In this document: positions 26,760 through 39,054 of the stretch, piece after piece | Layout of the letters: every line of letters begins with the position of its first letter | How positions within the stretch are numbered: the first letter of the stretch is position 1 | Source of the DNA: Anthoceros angustus | Lineage: Eukaryota; Plantae; Anthocerotophyta | Assembly: GCA_010909165.1 (NCBI GenBank) | Contig: MU008161.1 | Location: 1,612,001 to 1,676,000 of the forward strand | Reading direction: 5' to 3' | DNA: 64,000 bases | Made by a program: the position numbers and the translations under genes | The notes under the pieces: generated by a model | The model's input: only the letters and a program-made list of their open reading frames with translations | Databases searched by the model: none | What the model was told of the DNA's origin: nothing

Positions 26760-27833
26760 CGTTCTCATGCTGAGAACTCATTCTCCAAGCTTCAAATAAT
26801 GTACCCTTCACCTCGTTGTACGATATTCTAGTGGACCCTCCTTGCCACATATCGATATGCCCCTCATCGTGTCCTAGGTATAGATCTGCTATGACTATTT
26901 TGGATGCATGATGCTTTTGTTGAAGCTGCCTACTTGTTGCAACAAAAAAGGCATAAGAGGATATGCAATATCTCCAACAATATTCTGAGTAATAGCATGG
27001 CCTTAGGCTTGTGTTGTTGGCTCAGTTAAAATGCGGCCCTCCATCATTCTCTTCCATAGGGTAATAGCATGGCCTTTAACTTGCATTGTTGGCTTAGTCA
27101 AAATGCGGCCCTCCATCATTCTCTTCCATAGACTGATCTCCTTCAAAATGGTTACATCATGGATGGGTGAAACAAACATGCAAAAATTGTTGTTTTGCAT
27201 CACAAATATCTTGTAAAACAATGGAATGTATATCATGTCTACACAAGTATGCAACAGGGTTATCTTTAAAGATAGCTCGAATCTCATATGCAACAGGATT
27301 ATCTTTGATGTCTTTAAAGATAGCTCGTATCTCATATGCAACAGAATTATCTTTGATGTCTTTAAAGATAGCTCGTATCTCATATGCAACAGGATTATCT
27401 TTGATGTCAGGTTGTGCCGCTAACTTGATATGTGATCCATGAATACAACCTACCATGTTGGACAATCCTCTAAGACCTTGAAACGTGGTAGAAATGATCC
27501 GTTACCTGTGAAAAGACAACCATGCAATAAATTGCAAGAACAACTTCTGTGGATTGCTTAACACCTCTGTAACATATAAAGTATACTGCACCACAATAGT
27601 TGCACCAACTTCATACAATTAGCAATAATGTGAGGTGGCAAACCTCAAAGTAGTCGACGAAGTACCATGGCAACTACATGATCTAAATATAGAGGCCCAC
27701 GAAGAGAAGCAAGAACAATGTAATGAGCTCGTAATAAATTAACCAAAGTGAGGAAATTGGGGTAAGACATTGTATATGCAAACCTCCATTGAGTATCACG
27801 AACAATAGTCTCATCTTCATGCCAAGCTTTCAT
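26760..27833 (-). mobile_element. PIF/Harbinger transposase relic (HARBI1/DDE_Tnp_4-like)
   Basis: WRFAYTMSYPNFLTLVNLL..VAMVLRRL N-terminal region; GLSNMVGCIHGSHIKL..YLCRHDIHSIVLQDICDAKQQFLHV corresponds to GAIDGTHI..Y..RK..HS..LQ..CD. Confidence 0.85.
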
Positions 27834-27994
27834 GTGGACATCCCTCCATAATACTATTTAACGAGCTGGATATTTCTATCTTGGCTTCGGCCCGACCATG
27901 TAGCCTCCTCTTTAATAGCTACAATCATCATAGATCCAAAAATGTTAATAAATACAGAGTATTGCGAGACACCCCATAAGTGAAAAGGGAAGGT

Positions 27995-28810
27995 TTTTAT
28001 TGAGGTGAAAAAACGATGGGAAAAGCCCATCCAGGAGGGGACAACCAAAGGGGAGCAAGCAGAATAAAGAGGTGGCCCACTTGCATCCTGCTATATTTGC
28101 GGACCTTGAGCAGCCTACAGCGGTAACTGACGGTTAGTGATGACCTGAGCGGAGATGGTGTCTCGAATAGGATCGGTAACTACCACATCCGCCATCAAAC
28201 TGGTCGCACGGATAAGTGCAATTGACCACCGATTGACGACATGCGGAGTACACCCGCTCTCTCCAGGCCATGTAGCGACTTTCGCGAGCGATGGCGAACA
28301 TGACATCGCGGATGGCGTCGTGAGTGGCAATGCGATGACCCGTGGGGCAACAAGGTACCCGAGAATCATCGGTGAGAGCCGCTCAAGTAAGGAGTGAAGA
28401 AGCCATAGGTTGGAGCAGGCCAAGACGGAATCGCATCGCAGTAGTGAAGGTGGTTGATGCGATGTCAAAACCCCGTATGCATGGGCGGGCCATTAGCCAA
28501 GCACCTGCGCCCTTCCCAGAACAAGAGCGGAGCCGCGCTCTTGTGGGCCTGGGGATGGAGGGGTCCTGGAGGACGGAGCTGAGGCTGCTGGAGCAGGATG
28601 CTTGCAACCCCCTGAAACCATTAGTAATAAATGTCGAGAAAGGAGGGAAGTCCTTCCGAGCATCCACTGATAACATGTCCCTAGCTGGCCTCAAGGACGT
28701 TTGGAGAGAGAAGGTTCCCTCCTCCACACCTGATAGGAGATCCTCCAGGAAGGGCCTGTCTTGGAGTATGAATCGAGAAGCCAAAGCAGGGGCAGAGAGG
28801 GATTGTAGCA
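27995..28810 (-). mobile_element. 5'-truncated CRE-clade non-LTR retrotransposon (zinc finger + RLE + 3' UTR)
   Basis: RARLRSCSGKGAGAWLMARP..FTTAMRFRLGL, then ADVVVTDPIRD and KVRKY; clearly homologous to 39.4-40.2 kb. Confidence 0.8.
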
Positions 28811-29625
28811 TAGTTGATAAAAAATAATAAAAGAATCTATCCATACTTAGGTGAGACCGAGTTCCTCCTTTGTTGAGTCTCCATGAGCCTTTTTAGTACT
28901 GTCAAGAAATAGGCTACGTCTGTCTATTTCTTATTACAAAGTATTGTCGTTGGTTTTTTTATATTTAATGTATCGTGTTCATTTCATTTTGGTGAATTTG
29001 ATTGGGTATTTACATTCCATGTAACTTAGGGGAACCCCAAGGGCCATCAATCATAGATAATATATCAAACGGTCCCGAAGGGTTTCGAAACCTTATAACA
29101 ACAACCATTTTGGAAGGCAAGATAGCAGAAATGATATATTAGGCAGCCCTAAAGAGCTTTAGATGGCTCCAAAAGACTTCATAATATGCACGCCACCAAG
29201 GGTCAGAGCAATGTGAAATGTACAGGTTGGGCCGGAGCTGTCTATTTCATTTCTACAAATTATTGTCTTCAGTTTTAAATGATTTGTTATTATTTAATAT
29301 ATTGTGTTTATTTTCACCAAAAGATGTCCCTCTCAAGTTGCCAAAATAACATTCATTTAAAAGCAATTTATATTTGTGAAATCTTGTGAAATGTAAAGGA
29401 TGATCACACATATTTCATATTTGAGTGTTAGCTCTAGACTAGTGCACTTGTCCAGATATTTTAATCACAATCTATGTGCTTGTCACAGTTGAGTCCCATG
29501 AAGGTCATCCGTCTTTAGTTGACTTGAAAAGTTTTCTTCTATAATTATTGAATATTAAAATATAATTTTTAGTACTTATTTATGCACAAGCGAGACACAT
29601 ATAGACAATTTAAAAGGCTCGGGGT

Positions 29626-30115
29626 AGAAGAAGAAGAATCTAGTTTAGTCCACTTAGATGGAACTTTCTTATCATGGGACTTGGTATTTGACAACTTGTA
29701 CCATGGTGTGCCTAAGCTACTAGCACCAAAGACATCCACTCCCTTTAGGCACCCCATCTAAATCCGGAGCGCAGGGTGCTTAACAACAGGGATATTAGAT
29801 ATTATGTCTCTGTTCTAAACAACTTATATATACTTAGTGTGTGGAATGAGAGATTAGATACCTACGTCACTCTGTTTGTGCAATGGCAGTACCTTAGTTA
29901 GTTGTCCAAATGACTTGAGCAAAATGAATACACATTCATAAGAACACCATTATTAAGCATCCTTCACTTAGACGAGTACTTAGATGGGGTGTCTAGAGGG
30001 AGTGGATGCCCTTGGTGCAAGTAGCTTAGGCACACCATGGTACAAGTTGTTACATACTAAGTCCCATGACATGAAAAATTTCGTCCAAGTGGACTATAAT
30101 ATACTTCTTCTTCTT
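29626..30115. mobile_element. Foldback/MITE-like element with ~135-bp imperfect inverted repeats
   Basis: 29626-29761 is the reverse complement of 29980-30115 (e.g. ACAACTTGTACCATGGTGTGCCTAAGCTACT / AGTAGCTTAGGCACACCATGGTACAAGTTGT). No convincing TSD. Confidence 0.8.
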
Positions 30116-30118
30116 TAA

Positions 30119-30174
30119 GTTAGAAGGTGTGGCTCTTAACCACAAGGTCACATGTTCAATGTCTCCCTCTAGAG
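30119..30174 (+). pseudogene. Degenerate tRNA-Asn-derived fragment (anticodon position reads CTT)
   Basis: GTTAGAAGGTGTGGCTCTTAACCACAAGGTC..GTTCAA..CTCCCTCTAG resembles plant tRNA-Asn (GTTAGAGCGTGTGGCTGTTAACCACAAGGTC..); anticodon stem intact, T-stem broken, 5' part absent. Confidence 0.65.
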
Positions 30175-30284
30175 CTAGATTAATACACGTGGAACATATT
30201 ATTGCATATAAAAAGGTTCCACTTTACTGCATATAAGCAAATTCCACCTTGTCCCAAACCACAACATTTTCGGAGCAGTAAGTA

Positions 30285-30830
30285 GGTTCCAATGGGGCGA
30301 CCATGGGGGCTAGTCTCCCTTGTCCAATTGGGCGACCCCGGGGGCTAGTCTCCTTGTCCAATTGGGCGACCGTGGAAGCTAGTCTCCCTTGGCCTAGTAC
30401 CCTCGTGAGAGTTATTCCCCCTCGTCTCGGGATAGATGATTTTCCCATCTCTTTTTTACATAAAGTTTTCCCGTTTCCCTTATTGCATATGAAAAATTTG
30501 TGTGTATTATTATTATTGCATATGAAATGTTTCGGTGGAGCGCATTATTGCATATAAAAGGTTTCCTTTTTGTGCACTTGGTTCACCCGCCCCGTACTTT
30601 TGTGTGCCTTGTCCACGCGCCTTCGTACTTTTGGAGTATTTTGGAGACTTGTTCAAGCAGAGAAGGTAGAGATATATCTCTGTAGTCACATTATTGCAAA
30701 TGAAAGGTTTCGGTTTTGTGCACCTTGTTCACCCGCCTTTGTACTTTTGCGCACCTTGTTCACGCGCCTGTGTACTTTTGGAGCATTTTGGAGCATTGTT
30801 GAATCGTAGAAGGTAGGAGATGATATCTCT
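30285..30830. repeat. Local direct repeats: 3 x ~35 bp (GGGCGACC..GCTAGTCTCC), TTATTGCATAT units, 2 x ~150 bp
   Basis: Directly visible. Confidence 0.8.
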
Positions 30831-30977
30831 CTAGATTAGATGTTTGCGAGTCGGCTGCGACTGCCCCGCAGTGTGAACAAGATGTATACTAGTGCATGTA
30901 CGGCGGTTTTTTTGGGGTCCAAGGGGTTGGCGTCGAGGGACGTGTTTCTTCCCGGGCTAATAAGAATGGATTAGTCG

Positions 30978-31775
30978 ATGCGGACTCCGGTTGCGGCTTT
31001 CTTGAAATCCAGAATCACGTCGTGCGGTTATATTGTATGGCAGCGCACACAATTCTCATCGTCGCATCTCGACAAGCGTGTGCAGACAATGAAGTCGCTG
31101 AAGAGGGACAAGCATGACAGCCCTGGTAAATATTTCACGGATAACTGCGGCCGATTACAGGAAACCGCAACAACTCCCATTCGAGTGCATTTGGAAGCAA
31201 CGAGCGCTGCTGGAGCCTCTCCTCCTCACCATGTGGTCATTCATCTTCTTGATCCTTCTGCAGGCCCACAGGAACAATCGTCTGGTTCTTTCATTCCCTT
31301 TCATGCAGAGCGGGAAGGGGTAATATCTGTCGATGCTCTGTGTCAGCACATGGCCAGCTTCTTCACAGCTGCCGCGGAAGAGCAGGTAGCTCATGAAAGC
31401 GCTGGCTGTCGGCTGGAAATTGGTCACCTTTCTCTATCGCTTCAAGAAGCTGAGCCTGAGCACGTAGCCTTTTCCAGCATCGGACGTGAAGATGGCGTTC
31501 ATGCAGCAGGGAAGGGACAGCCCATGTCTTATGAGGTTAGGGCTCCTGGAGTACAACAGGAATTCGCCACGGAAGATACCGATGCTGTAAAATTAGAAGT
31601 AGCACATGCATCAACAGGCTATGGGACGCAATACGCTGCTGACCAGGATATCACCGGGCAGTTTCTCAAGCTTGCTGTGACTGCGCACGACAAAGCTGAT
31701 CAAATTCCGCTGGTTAGTGCTGCTTCTGCTGGTGTGCGTGCACATGCTTCACTCTTGAAATATATGTTTATTTGA
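30978..31775 (+). CDS. Hypothetical protein, possibly spliced to an exon at ~31895-32023
   Basis: 265-aa ATG-initiated ORF with protein-like composition; candidate donor near 31732 and acceptor near 31894; no recognised domain. Confidence 0.45.
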   Translation: MRTPVAAFLKSRITSCGYIVWQRTQFSSSHLDKRVQTMKSLKRDKHDSPGKYFTDNCGRLQETATTPIRVHLEATSAAGASPPHHVVIHLLDPSAGPQEQSSGSFIPFHAEREGVISVDALCQHMASFFTAAAEEQVAHESAGCRLEIGHLSLSLQEAEPEHVAFSSIGREDGVHAAGKGQPMSYEVRAPGVQQEFATEDTDAVKLEVAHASTGYGTQYAADQDITGQFLKLAVTAHDKADQIPLVSAASAGVRAHASLLKYMFI

Positions 31776-32647
31776 ACCCAACGCCATATGCCTGATATGT
31801 CTGATTTGCGACAGTGACAAGCAGGACATGACAAGTTCGCCACACGCGTCTTTCTGATCTCTCTGTTAGGGTGATTGCCTCGTCCATTCATCAGGTTCCT
31901 TCCAATTTGGATAGCCTTTGCTGGGATTTTGAGGAATCAGACTATATGCACGGAATCATGAGGAGACTGCAATTGTCGACAAGCCATAAACAGGAGCGCC
32001 ATGGGGAGCAAGAAGGCCGGTGAATCGGTTTCCCCCCATTCCAACAAACAACCGAAATTATCACGGGCTTTGCCGTCCAAACCTAAAAGCCCCAGCAGGT
32101 AATTTAAGTAGCAATACCATGGACGACCATCAATCCGATTGAGTATAGATAATTTATGCTGTCCTCCAAGAGCTGGCTGGTAGCGTCAGGCTCCACAGCA
32201 TACAATCAGCTACAGAGATTTTAAGAAACCATTGAGACCTTCGCTCGCAGATCTGGGCATGGTCATTGTTTTACCAACAAGATTGGGGAACCGTGGCTTA
32301 CAGCATGCAGACCTTAGGTATCATCAGATCGTTCTTACAACGGACGATAATGCTGCTTTGCTGCACATTGGAGGGCGTGAGTTTCACGCAAACAAGCCTC
32401 TTTTGGCTTAGATTGAGTCTCACCGCTGGGCATCCAATAGGCACACATACAGAGCGAAGGTACAAAAAGTTGTCGTTTTCATACTCTTGCATGAACCTTG
32501 GCGGCCGTCTCGCATCACACAACAATGAGTTGCTTTCGTAGTAAGCACCGGATTATTCTTTACAATACCGGCAATCCAGAGTAAAATTAATCATAAAAAT
32601 AGAGGAAAACCTATACATATTTAGCACTAATCAGTTTTCGACGGCGC

Positions 32648-35600
32648 CTAGTCGGCAGTTACAACAAAAGGGTGCTGACAGACGGAGCACTCTTGCGTTT
32701 CTGACCCATAGCTTGGGACTCGCACCTGCAAGTGAAAATCCAAGTTATACATCAGGTGCATGCACTGGAACCAACGCCCAGTGCAAAACCAATAATCTCG
32801 CATCCCGTACCTGTAAGTGGACGGTGCAAGTTGGACAAGGCACCTCCTTCATCCGCCCTCCAGAGTTTCCTGCTGAAGACCCAGTGCGTTTTGCTTGTGG
32901 TGTCTCAGGATACAGTGAGGATTTGGTCTCACGTAAGAAACTCCGACCATTAGACGATTCTGCATCACAGGATGGACAGAGGATGTTGACGATAAAAACA
33001 AGGAGCTATTTCCAGCAACTAAAGACACAGGAACCAGAAAGTTGCTCACGATTGCCATTGCTGCTGGTCATCCCAGATCTCTTGCTGTTGCGTTCAAGCT
33101 CCTCCTGGATAGCCAAAGAGACAAGGATATAAGTCGCAGTCACTAATTGCATAACGATGCCCAGTTCAGGTTCACACAGACCTGAAGCTTCCTAGCAAGG
33201 TCCTCATGAGTGCGTGGAGGTGGGGCCTTGCTCTGAACTTCGATATTTGCTAATCTGTGTGTCACCTCTGCCTGTACAAGCATCCGCATGATGAAAATAA
33301 ATCAGTGTTCTCGACACAGGGTTACTGGCAGCTGCCATGGCCAAGATCAATAGACACTACCCATACCAGACATTGGTCACACACACGCACAGACTGTGCG
33401 TCTTCATCTGTATTCAATGCTGTTCTCCCACGAGTGCACTTATCACAAAATACATCCCCGCAGTTCCTGCAGTGATGCTGAGGAGAAGGATAAAAAAGAC
33501 GTGAGATTTAAATATGTGCAACATACAGTCAGGATAGAGTTCAGAACATCATCTTTTCAAGGATAAAAAGGAAACGAAAGCTAACGTGGTAGCCAGGCAA
33601 ACATGAGAAGGTTCTGTGCGCGGTAACAACAGAAAGACATCAAGTAGCCAACCTTCCGATTAAAAGCTCCGAACTCTGCATCACAAGCCTTGCACTTGTT
33701 CACAGCCTCATCTGGAACCTGTTTCACGAAAACGCATCACCAGTTATTAACATGTTGGCAGAGATTCCATCTCATTCCCTCGTGGCTTCTAAAACTTCGC
33801 ACATGTTAGGACTGTCCGAGCTTTACCCAGTGTTCCTTCTCTTCTTGACCTGTTGTCCTGGTCCTGATCTGCACCCAATCAGAAAAGGACGTCTTCTTTG
33901 GTTGAATAGTCTCTGTCTGTATCGGGGTTGGAGTCTTTGATTCAGGTCTTTGCATTTCTGCAAGCTGGAATTCATGATGCTAAAAGGAGCGTAAGTACAT
34001 ATAGCCTATATTGACAGTGAATGAAACAACTCACACCACCGAGTCAGACAAACCTGAGCACAGGCAGCGGCAAGTGTGTCAAGGATAGCAGTTGTTGTAT
34101 ACGAGCTTGATTGAAGCTGAATAAGGCGTTGCTCTACATCCACGGCACTTTTTGCCCAGAAAAGGAACACTGATGGTTCCCTGATCTACAAGACCAACCC
34201 CAAGCGAGCGAGCTCAGTTGTCGTCTCAAATCTGCACAATCATTCTGCACTTACTAGCTAAAATCTGGTTCAGATAATGCTCACCTCCCAATTGATGATA
34301 GTATCAAGAGGGTATATGCGTAACATCTTGTTGGTGGATGGGTCAAGCATTTTCACTCCGTCTAATCCAATCTGCGAACAAAACGATTGGTGTAAATACC
34401 AATAAATCTCCCGGCCTAAAAAGGAGCCAAGCAGGGTGTGGCCCAAGAGTAGTCCCCACCTGACAAATAACGTCCTTAGGGCTTGAATCTGACAACAGCT
34501 TCACCCGGTACTTTTGAATTCCTCCGCCAATGTCATCTGTATCAGCCTTAGGAGAGGCTTTAATAAGTTTTGCCCCTCCCAAATCTCCATAGGCACTGTA
34601 CACAGCAGCCTTAGTGGCCGTAGCAGATGATCCCCAGGATCCCGATCCTCTTGATCCATAAGGCTCATGCCGCCCACCATCGTACTGAAACGCGTCAGTA
34701 GTTGTATACCCTACGTTGTCATGTCCAATTCTCCCACCATACCTATCTGAACCTCGTGCCTTTTCATAAGGCCGGCCTTCTGCTGCTGGCCTATCCTCAT
34801 ACACCTTTGTATCGTATCCTCGGCCACCTGCAGGTTGATCATACCCGGAACCCTTCGCATGACCATACCCTAACCCACTGGCTCCCGAACCTGAGTGAGG
34901 ACCTGCATTGCCATGTCCACTGAAAGTTCTCTCTACTGGGTGTCCCGTACCTGCATTGTAGTCCAGGGCGAAAGGTCGATCATTCAATGCAGAAGGCGGG
35001 TTCGGGGTATAGGCTGGAGCAGCTGGGACATACGCTTGAAAGGGGTGAGGTGGATATGGGGTTGAAGGGGCAACAGGGGTGTAGTTCGAACCCTGTGCTG
35101 CTGGAGAGAAGACCTGGTTCGGAGGGTAGGGAGAAGCATAGGAACCTGAGGGTGAGCGTGAGAGGGAATGACCTTCGTGAGTGGGTGGAAAAGCAGGTGG
35201 ACCAGGAGGATAGGGGTGCTGAGTTTGAACAGGAACATGAATGTAAGGAGGCACGGGATGACCATATGGTGGAGGGTTCACATTCTGAGGGGTAGGTGCA
35301 ACCCCATAGGGAGGGGGATTGGAAGGTGGATTCGGCGGGTATAGAGGCTGGTGGTAAGGGGCATACGGTGCTTGAGGGCCTGCCGAATTGCTTCCGGATA
35401 GGCCAGGTTGTGGAGGTGGAGCATAAGATGTAGCTTGGGGAGGATAGACCTGTGCTCCTAGAGTGGAATGGGAAGGATCAGAGGGCTGATGAGGGTACGG
35501 TGGCTTCATCTGCAAGGAGTCAGGTTGCACAGGGGAAGGAGGATATGAATGTGGGTGGGGAGGATATTGGGGCGCAGGATGGGGATGGCCAAAGGCAGTG

Positions 35601-37018
35601 GAAGAGTACTGTGGAACAGGAGGTTGTGCTGGGTTAAGAGGAGGCTTAGCTGATGCAGGCTGGGGAGCAGGTTGTGCAGATGAACCATACTGAGGAACTG
35701 TCTGATTATGGTGAGAAGGATACTGAGGAGGGGGTGCGAGATTTTGGGGTGGGGGAGAAGTATACTGAGGAGGGGGAGCAACAGTTTGACCTGCAAATTG
35801 ATTTGGCTGGTGTAAAGAAGGCGCATGCTGGAGCTGTGCATGCTGCTGAGGAGGGGGAGGAGGAGGGTAAGAAGCCATGACCGCCGCCTGTGATGGCTGC
35901 TGCTGAGGAGCAGCAGGCACTGGAGCGGGAAGACTGGACCTCTGATTTGCACCCTCGGGCACATAACCTCCCCTATCATCCCTGAACTGCACGCTTCCCG
36001 CACCCTGGCCCCCATATTGACCATGCACTTGTCCCTGAACCTGCACTTGTCCCTGAACCTGCCCTTGCTGAAAATTGTCAGATCCCCTTTCCCTGTACTG
36101 CTGCTCACTGGCGGGAGCATTTCCATACACAAGTTGACCAGGAGCAGATCCAAACCCAGACCTCTTTTCATCTCTAAACTGCTGTGGAGCGTTAGAAAAC
36201 TGGCCCGATGCAGATCCAGGCTTATCATCACTATACTGCTGCTGTGGGAGGTCTCCACTCTGCTGCTGCCCTGGCACCTGCTGCATGTTGCTGGATCCTT
36301 GCGCCGTTGTGTATGTCACGGTGCCTCTCTGAACCCCAGAAGCCTCCACCTGAAATACGCTCTGCTGCTGAGCAGGAGCATGCACAGGCTGGGGAACAAA
36401 TCCATCCATAAGCGACAGAGAAGGTGCTGCAGGAGCCTGGTGGCCCGCCCCTTGCTGCGGAGGAATATGCGCAAGAGCTGAGGTTGATGCACCCTGCTGC
36501 TGCACCACAAAAGACTCTGCCTGCTTCTGCCCTGCTGCCGGAGGAGCCGAATACGACTGATGACCTGAACTCCACGACTCGACCTGAATCAACGGCTGCA
36601 GAGCAGGGCCGTCCCCAACCCCATACTGCCCGGATTGCGATCCGGGCGCAGAACCCCGGTCAAGGTTTTGCCCTGCACCCTTCCCCTGTTCCTGCTGCTG
36701 CTCCGGAGCTGCGGCCTGGGCAGTGAAGGCGCTGAAGGACTCCGCGAGGGCCAGGGAGAGGGACGGGGAGAGCCCCGAGGAGGCAGGGTGAGGCGCAGCG
36801 GGAACCGAGGCCGGAACCGAGGCGGGAGCCGGGGGATGCACCGTGAGAAAGTTGAAGGCCTCGCCCAGGCTGCTGGAGTCCAGGGAGTCGAAGAAGGCGT
36901 CCCCGATGGAGGCACTTGCCGGTGCAGCCCCTGCAGGGTTAGAAGGCGCATAGCCACCGCCCGAGCTGGGCTGGTAGTGCTGCGCCTGCGCCTGCTGCTG
37001 CGGCTGCTGCTGCATCAT
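32648..37018 (-). CDS. FREE1: FYVE-domain ESCRT component FREE1/FYVE1; exons 37018-34460, 34371-34285, 34185-34054, 33964-33827, 33718-33653, 33477-33367, 33271-33182, 33104-33050, 32959-32811, 32725-32648 (~1154 aa)
   Basis: Pro/Gln-rich N-terminus; PH-like GIQKYRVKLL..DVICQIGLDGVKMLDP..LRIYPL; FYVE WVPDEAVNKC..FGAFNRKHHCRNCGDVFCDKC..RVCDQC; HEDLARKLQEE coil; C-terminal CPTCTVHLQV..ECSVCQHPF. All introns GT-AG and in phase. Confidence 0.95.
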
Positions 37019-38121
37019 GTGCTCTTCCGCAGGCCCAGCGCCGCTGCAATTCGCCCGATTCCGATGCCGATGCAAATGCCCACTACAATTCAGCACCAAT
37101 TCTTCAGACTCTGCCAAAACCTACTATCCCAACACCAGATCTTCAAAAACACACCTCCTGAAAAAATTGCGACACAGTCCACGACGCCAGAGCCAGGCAA
37201 GAGACACCGCCAGACAAGGCTAAATGTTTTTGTCTTTACACTCACCGCGTCAGCGGGCGAGGCCGAGTGTGCAAGGAAGGTGGAGTTTGCGTGCTACGCT
37301 CGCCTCAATATCTATCTACCTTGTTTACCAACGTAAAATGGACAACAAGTACCTATTGTGCACCTGTTAAACATGGTTTACATGGACCTATACCTTTTGG
37401 AGAAAGGAGCTCCCTGCATATATACTAATTAACACTCTTGGACGCTGTCAAGATAGCTTTACCGAGCCTTTCGTCCGCCGCCCCTAGTTCGAAATTTTAT
37501 TTTTATCAATTTATTAATTTTAAACCTAAAATAATTTTCTAGAGTCCAATCTCGTCGAGAGAGTATGACGTACCGTTCTTTGTCACCCACAAGTGTAGGG
37601 GAACTTCTTGTGACCTTTTTTCTATTTTGTGCTGGCACGCCACGTGACTCGAAGCATTGAGGTGGAGGTTTAGCTTCTCCCTAGCTCCGTGCACGGAGCC
37701 AAAAGTGGCTCCAACTAGGCCGTTCAGCCGCAATAAGGCCCTTGCGACTTGGCCACTAATGCCCTGGCCAGGCCTGATCAATTGTCGTGGCTATGCCACT
37801 GACGTTGCTCCCTTCTTGAACGCCTCTCACCACGGTTTCAACTGCAGCCATTGCCTGGGCAACATTGGCACCCCAACGCATGGAGACAACAACAAGTTGG
37901 CGAATGTGTCCCGTCCCACACAATAGCTGTTTGACGACTCGCTAGATTCCCTGCTCAGGTTTCAACTGTGGTCGTTGGCCACACCTCGAGCTTTGTCCTT
38001 TGGAGTCTAGTCTTTGCTCCTCCGGCTGTGGGTCCAAGCCTTGCGAGTCGGGACATTCCGGTGCACCTAGCCAGAGGGCTTGCCAGCTCTGAACTCCTTT
38101 GACAAAAGGATAGAATCAGTC

Positions 38122-38190
<69 letters not shown>
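38122..38190. repeat. (ATT)n microsatellite
   Basis: About 22 units. Confidence 0.98.
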
Positions 38191-38192
<2 letters not shown>

Positions 38193-39054
38193 GACAAATC
38201 AATATTTCCAAGTGCAAGTTAGTGGACAAGGCTTTCAAAATTTATTTTCTATGCTTGTTGGGCTTGCCGCTTTAAAACTATGATATTGCAGCCGTGCCTA
38301 AATGCGAGCCGTGGTATAGGTATATTACAATTGAGATATTGGCAAAAACATAGGTCAATGGAAACAATAATCAACCTTGTGTCATGTCAAATGGTAAACA
38401 CGTCGTAATATTATATTTCATGCAAATCATAATGTGTAACGATACTTTTATGGGAATTACCAACTTTAGTACACACGGCCCGAACTATATAGCACTGAAG
38501 CACGCCCTTGTGAAATACGGTCACTTGATTTGATCAATCTTAAGCAGGAGTTCCTGAGTAATCACGAATTGGGTACCACTTGTCTCGAGTGTTGATCTCT
38601 CTTGCTATAAGTATTTCGATATGTTCTTTTTTTATTGGATGCATTTTAGAGGCAAATACATTTCACAATATCTCACCACTCATAATCAAGAGGATGGTCA
38701 AAGAGCTGTGGAGGAAATTAAAGTAAATTGCAACAGCGTTTGTCTAATGATGTGTCGTGTTGGATATAATCCTTTTGGCGTGAAGTGATATTACGATCTA
38801 GAACTTTCATAACTAGTGATCTTCCATTAGTATTCCACAGATAGGACTGAGCATAGGTGGCTCTTTATCGACACTCAACACTCTTCCAAGGCAACTTCTA
38901 GGGTATAGTTGCAGCTTGCTAAGCTACTCACCTATTTCGCTTAGTGTGTATTCGCTATGTACTAAGTATTATTGTTCATCATCTTATGGTCAGTTTGTCT
39001 AATGGTGTGGCAAGTTGGATATAGGTAAGTCATAATGAATACGAAGAATAATTA

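Noticed and set aside
30119-30174. Functional tRNA-Lys(CTT)
   Set aside because: The body resembles tRNA-Asn, the T-stem does not pair and the 5' strand is missing.
34700-37336. Antisense and alternative-frame ORFs over FREE1
   Set aside because: Shadow ORFs of the repetitive Pro/Gln-rich exon.
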